DNA from: Eukaryota sp. TZLM1-RC
Lineage: Eukaryota > Protista > Metamonada: BaSk clade
Assembly (NCBI GenBank): GCA_040285825.1
Contig: JAUPSS010000003.1
Span: 992,001-1,056,000, forward strand
Reading direction: 5' to 3'
DNA: 64,000 nucleotides
In this document: positions 9,105 to 18,026 of the stretch, piece by piece
Layout: each line of letters opens with the position of its first letter
How positions within the stretch are numbered: the first letter of the stretch is position 1
Translations under genes and position numbers: made by a program
The notes under the pieces: generated by a model
Told to the model about the DNA's origin: nothing
Database searches by the model: none
The model's input: the letters and a program-made list of their open reading frames with translations, nothing else

Positions 9105-10916
9105 ATACGTATTGGGTCGTCCCCGGCTCAGCGTAGGATCCTTGAGGAAGAGACTGGTCCCTCTTCCTCACCACTAACCACAGACCCTGCTTCCGTGCCT
9201 CCTTCTTCGGTTGAAGCTTCTGCGCTTCCTGAAGCAACTCTTCCCGAGAGTTCCACCCCAAAGGAAAATAGTTCCCTTCCTGAGGATTCCGTTCCAATGG
9301 AAGGAAGTTCCCCTCCTCTGGATTCCGTTCCTGTGGAAGGAGACAGCCCTCCTAAGGATTCTATTCCTTCGGAAGGAAGAAGCCCTTCATTAGTCTCCTA
9401 CGACGATGAAGATGCTGAGGACTCCGTTGCTCCTCTTCCTCCTTCACGTTTAAGGGCGTCTGAAGTCCCACCTTGTCCCCTCCCAGAAAGAAGTTCTGAA
9501 GTACCAACTTCACCTTCTATTCAGAACAGAGAGACTGTTCAACCTTCTCTCACGTCAAAGGAAGGATTGGAAGATCAACCCTCTTCCTCCTCTACTAAGG
9601 CCATTGAAGTACCATCTTCATCCCTTTCATCTAGTTCTGAGGTTCCACCCTCTCACTCTCAACAGCTTCTCCCTCCAGTTCCAACTGTTAGGAGAACTAT
9701 CCAAAATCCTGCTGTTCCAACTTCAGGATCTCCTCTAACTTCAACAGTTAGTGGAGTTAATAATCTGTCTGTTTCCCCTCACCCGGCTAGTGATTCCATT
9801 CCTAGCCTTTCGAACCTTCCTTCGTTTCTTTCCGAAGAGCAAAGGAAAAGGTACGAACAAATCTTTTCAGATTTGGTTGAGTACGAGGAACCTCCCAAGG
9901 AATTCTCCCCTCTACATCAACATCAGGTCCCTCCCACGGCACCTTCTTCTGAAATTGACAAAATTCCTGGTGAGGTCTCTAAAGAGTATATAGAGCGTTT
10001 TCTCCAAGAAGAACGAAACTGGGAACACAGAAAAAGATTGGACAAAGAGATTGAAGCTAGAAGAGGAACATCCTCTACACCTGCTCAACTTACCCCTTCT
10101 CAAACTAGCTCCCACGCTAGCTCAAGTGTTCATCATGGTGCTTCCCGTCAGCACAACCCTTACGCTAGATATAGGGACACACGAGTCATTCCAGAGGATC
10201 CAGAAGCCATCCCTCCCACGGAGATGAGCAACAAACGTCCTCCTTTCTACGGTCCCAAAGTCGAGAACGACTTAGGAATATGGATCTCTCCCAGAATTGG
10301 TCCATTTCTTTCCGATGAAAGGATCACCCCAGAAACCTCCAGGAATGACCCTGAACCAACTTATGAACCAAGACCCGGAGTTAGGTTCATGAGAACTACT
10401 CGAGAAGGAGTATTCAGACGCTTCGCTGGAGATGAAGATAACCTCTTCTTAAATGTTTACAACCCTTGCCCATACCCTAGGTTCAGCCCTGGGTACAACG
10501 CATCTCTCGATATCCTTATCGACAGAGATTATAGAACAGGGTGGTGGTTTACCGAAACCACATATGGTGAAAGACTCTTTCTATACGACAGACGTCCTGA
10601 CCATATAGCTTCATATTGTGATCCTGACCACAGAAGATCTGGCAATCTTCAAAGAGCCCTCCAGCTTGTCACCGTTTTCCCTGGATGCATAGAATCCAGG
10701 ATGTTGAAGTGGGTAATGGTAGAAGGTCGTATAGAGAAAACACGCTTGGTTCAACCAGCGATCTCTTCTTACCAAGTTCCAGCCCAGATTGAAGAGATAG
10801 AACCTTCTCCTGAACCTCACCAACGCGAAGTTCCACCTTCCACAGATCAACCTATGGAAACTTCTACAGAACCCTCGCATAATCCTCCATGGAACAAACT
10901 GAGGAGGATGTTGTAG
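9072..10916 (+). CDS. Element 2 gag N-terminal part (Ser/Pro-rich repeats + unknown domain)
   Basis: 614-aa ORF starting inside the 5' LTR; shares PME(T/Q) repeats with the next ORF in the -1 frame. Confidence 0.75.
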   Translation: MSNNNQQPRPSIRIGSSPAQRRILEEETGPSSSPLTTDPASVPPSSVEASALPEATLPESSTPKENSSLPEDSVPMEGSSPPLDSVPVEGDSPPKDSIPSEGRSPSLVSYDDEDAEDSVAPLPPSRLRASEVPPCPLPERSSEVPTSPSIQNRETVQPSLTSKEGLEDQPSSSSTKAIEVPSSSLSSSSEVPPSHSQQLLPPVPTVRRTIQNPAVPTSGSPLTSTVSGVNNLSVSPHPASDSIPSLSNLPSFLSEEQRKRYEQIFSDLVEYEEPPKEFSPLHQHQVPPTAPSSEIDKIPGEVSKEYIERFLQEERNWEHRKRLDKEIEARRGTSSTPAQLTPSQTSSHASSSVHHGASRQHNPYARYRDTRVIPEDPEAIPPTEMSNKRPPFYGPKVENDLGIWISPRIGPFLSDERITPETSRNDPEPTYEPRPGVRFMRTTREGVFRRFAGDEDNLFLNVYNPCPYPRFSPGYNASLDILIDRDYRTGWWFTETTYGERLFLYDRRPDHIASYCDPDHRRSGNLQRALQLVTVFPGCIESRMLKWVMVEGRIEKTRLVQPAISSYQVPAQIEEIEPSPEPHQREVPPSTDQPMETSTEPSHNPPWNKLRRML

Positions 10917-12187
10917 TAGAAGTCAGTGATGAGTCCCCAACTCCAGACTCAATTCCAACTGTGCTAGCACCAATGGAACAAACTCCAGCACCTGTACAGC
11001 CTATGGAACAATCAGTGGTTCCACCCACACCTCCTTCCACTGGTTCAACAAGTTCACAACACACGGCTCAACCAACACCTTCTACGGTTAGTTCTTCACG
11101 TTCTACTTTCTCAGGTACTTATGATAGTAACCTTCTCCGATCTTCCATGGTGGGATCAAGAGATAGAGACAACAGACGCAGAGACCGCCCCAAACGTCCA
11201 ACTCTCGACGCGACTGATTTAAGAGATGTTGATAAACTCCTCAAGTTTGTTAACAAGTTTATCCTCTGGAGTCGTACAGACAGAATTGTAGACGAGGCTC
11301 GAGGCAACATCGAGGATCCTGCCCAAGTTGCTTTAGCCAGCGAAGTTGCTAGACTTCGTGAAGAACTTGAACGAGCTAGATCAGCAGAACTGGCATCTGA
11401 CCAACGGTTCGACAGTGAACCAATTCATGAATGGGATCTTTTCAGATCTGCCATGCGCATTAGTCCTAGAGGCTTAGCTGAATGCGTTACACCTGAAGCT
11501 CTCAACGCTTTAAGGTATCAAGGCACTGGCCTTTCAATTTCCTCCGCCATGGTCCCAACCAGCAGAGACGAACGCAACATTTGGGAACAGATCCTAAGGA
11601 GAACCCAATTCAGCAGACTGGATCAAGCCCTGGACGCACTTCATGCTGTACACATGGATTGGTCTGAGAGAGATTATGGTAACAGATGGATAGACTTCAT
11701 GCTTAATACAGGCAGAGTCTTAACGCGTTCCACCGCTATCCAAGACGTTCGTGGTCTGACTCATCAAATGAGAAACATCACCATCCACGGAAACCCCGTC
11801 GACCGACTCCCCGAATGGGAAATTGCTTCTCACGTCATTGAAAGCATCGGTATTACCATCATCAGGGACAGACTCCTCAGGATCTGGTCCAATCCCTCCC
11901 ATTACTACTCAGATGGCCACACCCTAGGAGAATTTTTCAGTGTCCTCCAAATAGAATACGAAAATTTCTGTAATGCTAGATCTTTTAAGGAGCAGATCAA
12001 TCACGTGGACTTCTTGTATCAAAATAGAATCTCGTTTCAGACTGAGAACCGTCGCAGACAAACGGTACCTTCTCCCCCTGCTATCCCCAAACCAAGAGGT
12101 TCCAGCTCTGGCAGGCGCCCAAAACAACAACGACGAGAAGGAAGCTCTACTCAACCGTCTTCCACTCAGTCTGATGCCAACGTCTAA
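10889..12187 (+). CDS. Element 2 gag C-terminal (capsid-like) part
   Basis: 432-aa ORF homologous to element 1 ORF 2028-2678 (KLLKFVNKFILW / KILEFIVNFANW; PIHEWDL / AIHEYDF; IWEQIL..TQF / IWEFLL..TQY). In frame with the zinc knuckle and pol across a TAA. Confidence 0.75.
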   Translation: MEQTEEDVVVEVSDESPTPDSIPTVLAPMEQTPAPVQPMEQSVVPPTPPSTGSTSSQHTAQPTPSTVSSSRSTFSGTYDSNLLRSSMVGSRDRDNRRRDRPKRPTLDATDLRDVDKLLKFVNKFILWSRTDRIVDEARGNIEDPAQVALASEVARLREELERARSAELASDQRFDSEPIHEWDLFRSAMRISPRGLAECVTPEALNALRYQGTGLSISSAMVPTSRDERNIWEQILRRTQFSRLDQALDALHAVHMDWSERDYGNRWIDFMLNTGRVLTRSTAIQDVRGLTHQMRNITIHGNPVDRLPEWEIASHVIESIGITIIRDRLLRIWSNPSHYYSDGHTLGEFFSVLQIEYENFCNARSFKEQINHVDFLYQNRISFQTENRRRQTVPSPPAIPKPRGSSSGRRPKQQRREGSSTQPSSTQSDANV

Positions 12188-15100
12188 TGCAATTTCTGTA
12201 AACAAATGGGTCATCCGACTGAAAGGTGCCCTAGTGAGGACTGCCAAAGAAGCAAAAAGTGGAGAGAGCAACAAGCTCAACACAAAGCTCGAGGCAGAAG
12301 TTCTAGAGGTTCTGGTTACCGTAGTCGAAGAGGCACTTGCGGCAGAGGCAGAGGCTCTTCATCATATAATAAACGTTCCCGTCACTATTTACACAGTTTT
12401 GAAACCATACCCCCTACAACTACAACACATTTCCACACAGAAAACACAACATGGAAAGATTCCCTAATCAATCCTTTGGCCAACTTGGAACATACCAAGA
12501 CGCATAACATTCAAGCTAATTTCTTCTCAGAACAAGCTCAATATGATTCTGATACATTATTTATGGTACGATCCATAAAGTCCACAACCAACTGCCTTCA
12601 ATTAAACTTCTCGATCAACAATGTCGAGGTTAAAGGCATAATCGACTCTGGCGCAACATGCTCAGTAGTCACGGAAGACGTCATCAGCAATTGTAACATG
12701 GCACGTTCCAACGAAACCATATCCTACAAGATTGCTGATGGATCCACCTCACAGTCCCTCGGTACTGCCTCTGGAACCCTTAGTATTAGACTAGGCTGTG
12801 TTACCCAGATTGTACATGTGAAACACAAGTTCAGCATCGTTCCTGGACACGAGACCATTCTCATTGGTGCCGACTTGCTGAGTCACCTTGGACTGATGAA
12901 CAACAAGGGCATTTATATTAGAATGGACGACGCCTGTCGCACATTACTATTACCTGAAGCTGAATTCGATCATCGAATATCACAAGCTTCGGAAGTCGTC
13001 AACGTTTCCACACGTTGGTTGGAACACATCAACTCATCTGGTTGTACCATCAACCTCGACAACGACCATTTCAAGAAGTCCCTACTTCAAACTTTGAAGG
13101 AGTTCGAAGACGTATTTACCCTCAAGCCTCATGCTGAAGGTATTGATTGCCCTCCCATGGAAATCAACTTCTACAACGAAGACGTCAGAGTTAGAAGACC
13201 CCCCAGGACCCTGAATCCAGCCAGGCTAGAGGTCGCTAACCAAATTTTCGACGAACTCGTAGACTCAGGGTTTGCTGTCCCATCGAACCATGAGTTCAGC
13301 TCCCCTGTCTGTCTAGTGGTCTACCCAGATCACCGTAAGCCCCGCCTTACTGGTGACTATAGTGGCAAGGACGGAGTCAACGCCAACACCATTCCTGTTG
13401 AGCCCAACCTTCCAAGGATCTCCGATGTGCTGGTATTTCTCTCCCAAGCGAACTACATAGGCACCCTTGACCTCCCCAAAGCCTTTTGGCAACTCAAGAT
13501 TGCCGAAAGGATTGGCAGAAAAACAGCCCTGAGCATTCCTGGCAAAAGCATCATGTTCAAACGTGCAGCTTTTGGCCTAAAGAATGTCCCAGCCGTTTTC
13601 CAAAACGTCATGGCTGACATCTTCTCGGGAGACGGTGTCTTCATTTACATAGATGACATCATAATCATAGGTTCAACCTTTGACGAATTCATTGAACGCC
13701 TCCGTCGCGTCCTTGATCAAGCCAGATGCAAAAGAGTTTCCTTGGGACTTCCAAAGTGCCATTTCGTGACTTCCAGACACCCAATCAAGATACTGGGCAG
13801 TGTTTTCCAAAACAAACAGCGGACTATCGATCCCACTCGCGGTGAATCTTTGCTGAATCTACCGAGACCAAAGACAATCAAAGACGTCCGCAGCCTCGTA
13901 GGATCAGTCAACTTCATTAGAGAATGGCCTCCTCAGGTATCTGAGCTCATCGCTCCTATCATCAGATTGACTAAGAAGGATGGAAATAACTCCAAAGTTA
14001 AACCCAAACCCCGCGCGCAACGCCTTCAATGGACCGACATGCACGACGGACTCCTTCAAAAGATCAAAGAACTGATAGCGAAGCACATGCCGCTCAGCTT
14101 ACCTCCGCTGGAAAACCAAATTTTAATTAGTTGCGACGCATCCGACATTGCTGTAGGCGGCGTCATATGGGAACAAATCGAACAAGTCGACGACCCCGGT
14201 ACCCCCCTGATCAACAGGAAATGTAGGCCTATCAGCTTCTTCAGCCGGTTGTTAACCAACTCGCAAAAGAACTGGCCGACAAACCAAAAGGAACTCTATG
14301 CTATCCTAATCATGTTAACTCAAAGTGGTTTTGAAAACTACTTGAAAGGAAGGAAACTGGTTATATTCACAGACCATCAAAACCTTACCTACATGTTCAC
14401 GGGTCCTGAGAAGAACAAAATTGTAACAAGATGGTTACCCATATTCTCTGAATTCTGCTTTGATTTGGTACATACCAAAGGGGAAGATAACTTCTGGGCT
14501 GATATGTTGTCTCGAATAGTTCCGCCTATAGACCATCAAGAGATCAATCATTTGTCCCATCAAATGCCTCCAAATTTTCATCCAATATTTTACATTGATA
14601 AAATTGATGGAACAGAAAATGAAAGATACTACATCGAAGACTTAAACAACTTCGAACGTATCATGGTCATCACAGAACGATGTTCCAACGACCTGCCTAT
14701 TTTCGAGCCATGGCTCTGTAGGATTAGGTCCGAACAGAAGCTTGCCATAGCTTCCAAAGACCCCTCTTTCAACAACTGTGTTCATAACAATCATCTTGAT
14801 TTATATATGACTCACGACAACAAGATAGTGATTCCCAAATCACTCATTAAGGACACCCTTAACTTGTTGCATGGACTTCTGCAAGGAGGTCATCCAAGCA
14901 AAGCTGAAAGCCTGAACAAGCTCAGGAACAGCGATTATTGGTGGCCAAACATGCTCACCGACATGAATAAGCACGTCCAAGAATGCCCCTCCTGTCAGAA
15001 AACAAAGCCAGTTCCCAAACTGCATGTTCCCCCAACCGGTTCATTGTGGGCTGACAGACCTTTTGCTCGCGTCAACGGCGACGTCATTGGTCCTCTTCCA

Positions 15101-16198
15101 GAAGATCAAGAAGGCTACAAATACATCCTCGTATTTATTGACAGCTTCTCTAGGTTCACGATCATCGTGCCTTTAAAAGAGATAAATGCCAATCTTACTG
15201 CAGATGCATTAATTTGGAAAGTCTGTGCCATCTTTGGTATTCCATTTCAAATCCACAGCGATAATGGACCCGAATTTTCCAAGGCTGTCTTTGACGAATT
15301 AAGCAAATTTTTGGGCATAGAGGTGTCAAAGTCAATACCTAGGTTTTCTCCGTCCAACGGCTTGGTAGAGCGCCGACACAGAGACATCCTGCAAAACCTA
15401 CGGAAATTGCTCGTAGACTTCAATGCCTACGATGTGTGGTCTGAATACTTGCCTTATGTGCAATTATTGATCAACTCTTCCAAGAGCTCAATAACCAACC
15501 ACACCCCATACCAAGTGATCTTTGGCTCAGATGTGTCCCCCAGATCAGACCCTGGCAAAATTCTTGAAATCATTGAAAGCTCGACGTCTGAGTCATCTTT
15601 TATTCAAGAAATTCAATCTAAATTTCGAAGATTGAAAGAGAAACAGGAAAAGGCAGCACACCATCAAGCTTCCAAAGCTTCCAAGCTAACTAGATCGTCA
15701 ACTCCAAACCCTTTTGAAGTTGGTCAATTGGTATTGAGAGCATATGGCTCTTCCGCTAAGCTTCATGGAGACTATTTAGGACCCTTCCTAATTACTGAAA
15801 TCGTATCCAATTCGTCTGTGAACATTAAGAATCTCTGCACAGGTACGATTGTCCAAGCTAGCGTCAAACACTTAGCTCCCTGGCACTCCAGCTTGCCCAC
15901 CAACGATGAGTTCCACTCCTGGGTCGCTGCAGGTGATGTCGAAGAACACATCATTGAAAAAGTGCTCAGTCAGGAAGGTGACTTTTGCCAAGTGCAATGG
16001 CCAGGAAAAGAGATCACCACTGAGCATGTGTCTACTGTCCAAAATACTGCCGCGTATAAAGACTTTATCAAGACTTCAAAAGCACGTCGCCGTACTAAAT
16101 CCGCTCCTCCCAAGAAGCGTCATATTTCCATTAGTTCACCTCCTGTGACTAGAGCTTCCAGGGCTCGTCGCTCGAAAGAGAGGAAAAGGCAGTGTTAG
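12188..16198 (+). CDS. Element 2 zinc knuckle + pol (protease, RT, RNase H, integrase, chromodomain-like C-terminus)
   Basis: CNFCKQMGHPTERC, IIDSGAT, FIYIDD, CDASD...KEL...TDH...ADMLSR, H...H...CPSC, D...SDNG...VER, and C-terminal IIEKVL...VQWPG...TTE. Confidence 0.95.
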   Translation, partial: CNFCKQMGHPTERCPSEDCQRSKKWREQQAQHKARGRSSRGSGYRSRRGTCGRGRGSSSYNKRSRHYLHSFETIPPTTTTHFHTENTTWKDSLINPLANLEHTKTHNIQANFFSEQAQYDSDTLFMVRSIKSTTNCLQLNFSINNVEVKGIIDSGATCSVVTEDVISNCNMARSNETISYKIADGSTSQSLGTASGTLSIRLGCVTQIVHVKHKFSIVPGHETILIGADLLSHLGLMNNKGIYIRMDDACRTLLLPEAEFDHRISQASEVVNVSTRWLEHINSSGCTINLDNDHFKKSLLQTLKEFEDVFTLKPHAEGIDCPPMEINFYNEDVRVRRPPRTLNPARLEVANQIFDELVDSGFAVPSNHEFSSPVCLVVYPDHRKPRLTGDYSGKDGVNANTIPVEPNLPRISDVLVFLSQANYIGTLDLPKAFWQLKIAERIGRKTALSIPGKSIMFKRAAFGLKNVPAVFQNVMADIFSGDGVFIYIDDIIIIGSTFDEFIERLRRVLDQARCKRVSLGLPKCHFVTSRHPIKILGSVFQNKQRTIDPTRGESLLNLPRPKTIKDVRSLVGSVNFIREWPPQVSELIAPIIRLTKKDGNNSKVKPKPRAQRLQWTDMHDGLLQKIKELIAKHMPLSLPPLENQILISCDASDIAVGGVIWEQIEQVDDPGTPLINRKCRPISFFSRLLTNSQKNWPTNQKELYAILIMLTQSGFENYLKGRKLVIFTDHQNLTYMFTGPEKNKIVTRWLPIFSEFCFDLVHTKGEDNFWADMLSRIVPPIDHQEINHLSHQMPPNFHPIFYIDKIDGTENERYYIEDLNNFERIMVITERCSNDLPIFEPWLCRIRSEQKLAIASKDPSFNNCVHNNHLDLYMTHDNKIVIPKSLIKDTLNLLHGLLQGGHPSKAESLNKLRNSDYWWPNMLTDMNKHVQECPSCQKTKPVPKLHVPPTGSLWADRPFARVNGDVIGPLPEDQEGYKYILVFIDSFSRFTIIVPLKEINANLTADALIWKVCAIFGIPFQIHSDNGPEFSKAVFDELSKFLGIEVSKSIPRFSPSNGLVERRHRDILQNLRKLLVDFNAYDVWSEYLPYVQLLINSSKSSITNHTPYQVIFGSDVSPRSDPGKILEIIESSTSESSFIQEIQSKFRRLKEKQEKAAHHQASKASKLTRSSTPNPFEVGQLVLRAYGSSAKLHGDYLGPFLITEIVSNSSVNIKNLCTGTIVQASVKHLAPWHSSLPTNDEFHSWVAAGDVEEHIIEKVLSQEGDFCQVQWPGKEITTEHVSTVQNTAAYKDFIKTSKARRRTKSAPPKKRHISISSPPVTRASRARRSKERKRQC

Positions 16199-16346
16199 TC
16201 TTGAATAGTATTTATAGTTAATAGTTTAGTTATTAGTATTCCGCCTGTTAGCTTAAGAAGAGAGAACACAATTCCTCTTCGTAATAAATTACACTTCTGT
16301 TACTCTACATTGTATGTCAAACAATAACCAACAGCCAAGACCATCA
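16193..16346 (+). repeat. 3' LTR of element 2
   Basis: Direct repeat of 8951-9104, preceded by a PPT. Confidence 0.97.
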
Positions 16347-16439
16347 GAAGAAGGAATAGGGTGGCAAAAAGCAGTGGAAAGAGTACTAAAAACAGATAAC
16401 AACACTTGCTCCTTTCTTTGAATTCCTTTGGAATCAGAA

Positions 16440-16635
16440 TTAGATTTAGGTATCACTAGTGAACAGTATCGAGAACAATGGTGGCTATGAGGAAGAGGTT
16501 TCAGTTGTGAAGGTGGAAACCCATTCTTACAGATATTGTCTAAAACAGTGAAATAAGTGTCCTTTTTACACCGATGTAGAGGGACTGAGTTGAGAAGTGC
16601 AAGATTTTCTCCTTGATACCTTTTTCTTTGATTTT
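16440..16635 (-). mobile_element. Remnant of a dispersed repeat with an integrase H2C2-like motif
   Basis: LHRCKKDTYFTVLD...HCSRYCS; nucleotide similarity to 31720-31800 and 54383-54435. Confidence 0.4.
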
Positions 16636-16649
16636 TATGTTGAATACAA

Positions 16650-16724
16650 TTCCCCCAAACATTCCCAATTTCAGTTTTCCCCCAAAACTCCCCCAAAACT
16701 CCCCCAAACAATATACCCCAAACA
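16650..16724. repeat. C4-5/A3-4 repeat tract (tcccccaaaac-like)
   Basis: Several ccccc-aaa(a) units; G-rich on the minus strand. Confidence 0.7.
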
Positions 16725-16793
16725 ATATGCTATTGTGGATATAATCCCATTGCCCAACCTTTTGTTATGTCTCTTTCTGCTAGCCACATCAAT

Positions 16794-16916
16794 TCTGGTG
16801 CTTTGCTTTCTTTTGGATCTGACTATGAGAAAGTTGGAGCTAGTGTTTTTGTTTTGGAAGAGATGGATTTTTTAGATGTTGATTTATAGGTTTTTAATAA
16901 AAAAATTAAAAAAAAT
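16794..16916 (+). mobile_element. 3' tip of non-LTR family B with A-rich tail
   Basis: Matches the end of 52990-53090 (minus): gctttgctttct...gagatggattttttagatgttgatttatag. Confidence 0.8.
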
Positions 16917-17010
16917 ATACACACCTTAAACATGTGGTCTGTGACATATTACAGTATGAATGGAGATGATGTTATGACATCATTGTGACTGATTGAAGTA
17001 GAAGTGAGAA

Positions 17011-17100
17011 AACATAAAACCATAAACCAACCATAAACCAACCATAAAACCATAAACCAACCATAAACCAACCATAAAACCATAAAACAACCATAAACCA
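17011..17100. repeat. 30-bp minisatellite x3 (accataaaaccataaaccaaccataaacca)
   Basis: Directly visible tandem array. Confidence 0.9.
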
Positions 17101-17116
17101 GATCTTGTAAACCAGA

Positions 17117-17626
17117 TCATATGAATGCAGTAGAAGACTCAGAATCCCTGGCAAAGGTTCGAAATAAATCCAGTATTCGATCACCTTTCAGCAATAGATT
17201 TTGAGACAGTAGGGGGGGGGGGTCAGAAAAAGGACGGAAGCAAGTGACGAGGGTAGAGAGACGTTGATAAAGAGAAAGAAGGAAAGGGTGGGGCAGGGTT
17301 GAGGTTGTTAGTTTGTACAAAAGGGAGACAATTAGTTGCCGATCATGATTCCATGATGGGGTGATGAATGATGGTTTAATTGAGCAAAGGAGGATTACTA
17401 TTGCCGAAGCATGGGATAAGTCACAATCAGTGTTGAGTAGTGAAAACCAGTGTTTGGAAAAGTTTTGGAACTGAGGATGAAAACATGAACTTGAGGGAAG
17501 GGACCTATGACAATGTAGTAACAGCTCTGTGTTGATCATTCTACGAAATAAGTGCCCCTGCATAGTAGAGACTTTTATATTTGATTTGATTCCAGAATCA
17601 ATCTTGTATTCATGGTTATATTCCAT
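17117..17626 (-). CDS. Hypothetical protein
   Basis: 169-aa ATG ORF with coding-like composition but no recognised motif; a G homopolymer near 17212 may disturb the 3' end. Confidence 0.35.
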   Translation of the reverse strand: MEYNHEYKIDSGIKSNIKVSTMQGHLFRRMINTELLLHCHRSLPSSSCFHPQFQNFSKHWFSLLNTDCDLSHASAIVILLCSIKPSFITPSWNHDRQLIVSLLYKLTTSTLPHPFLLSLYQRLSTLVTCFRPFSDPPPLLSQNLLLKGDRILDLFRTFARDSESSTAFI

Positions 17627-18026
17627 AGAGGAAGGAAGAAAAAAAAAACTTTACTTAAAATAAAAGTGATTCTCAATTTCCGACATAAAGAGTGGTAGTA
17701 GCTGCAAGCAAGGATTCGTAGGAGAAGATTCGTAGTAGAGTAAGTGATGAAATGTTGTAAGTGATGAAATGAAATTCAATTACGAATCTGGGAATGATGA
17801 CAACCCAACCAAACTCCACTCACCAACTTTTGTAACATGTAGTTCTTGTCTGAAGAAAGGAAAATTTTCAGAAAGTAATCTTGAACGATATGTCTCATTA
17901 ATAAACACTTGTAACTAACTTTACTTTGAATTGACAACTATAAGATTGATTGACTTCAACAAATTTTCCATTTTAGGAAACAAATTTTCAATCATTTCTG
18001 ACTGTTTCCGTTCTGTGTTGACTGCC

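Larger units (their letters stand above)
8951..16346 (+). mobile_element. Full-length Ty3/Gypsy-like (chromodomain-bearing) LTR retrotransposon (element 2)
   Basis: 154-bp LTRs TG...CA differing at 1 nt, 4-bp TSD GAAG (8947-8950 / 16347-16350), PPT gaaagagaggaaaaggcag (~16174-16192), PR-RT-RH-IN domain order. Confidence 0.97.

Noticed and set aside
9113-9130. Conventional tRNA PBS beginning at TGG
   Set aside because: The TGG is 8 nt from the LTR end in all three elements, and the following bases differ and do not fit a tRNA 3' end I can recognise. Not formally excluded without the tRNA set.
12185-12187. TAA/TAG reassigned to Gln (hexamitid or ciliate-type code)
   Set aside because: Conserved host genes end at TAA, TAG or TGA at expected positions (e.g. 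SET1 after CRKYLN) and have no internal TAA/TAG.
13500-13530. Odd AERIGRKT segment in element 2 RT
   Set aside because: Looks like a compensating indel pair (mutation or read error), not a feature.
17011-17100. CRISPR array
   Set aside because: Tandem repeats with no unique spacers, in a eukaryotic context.
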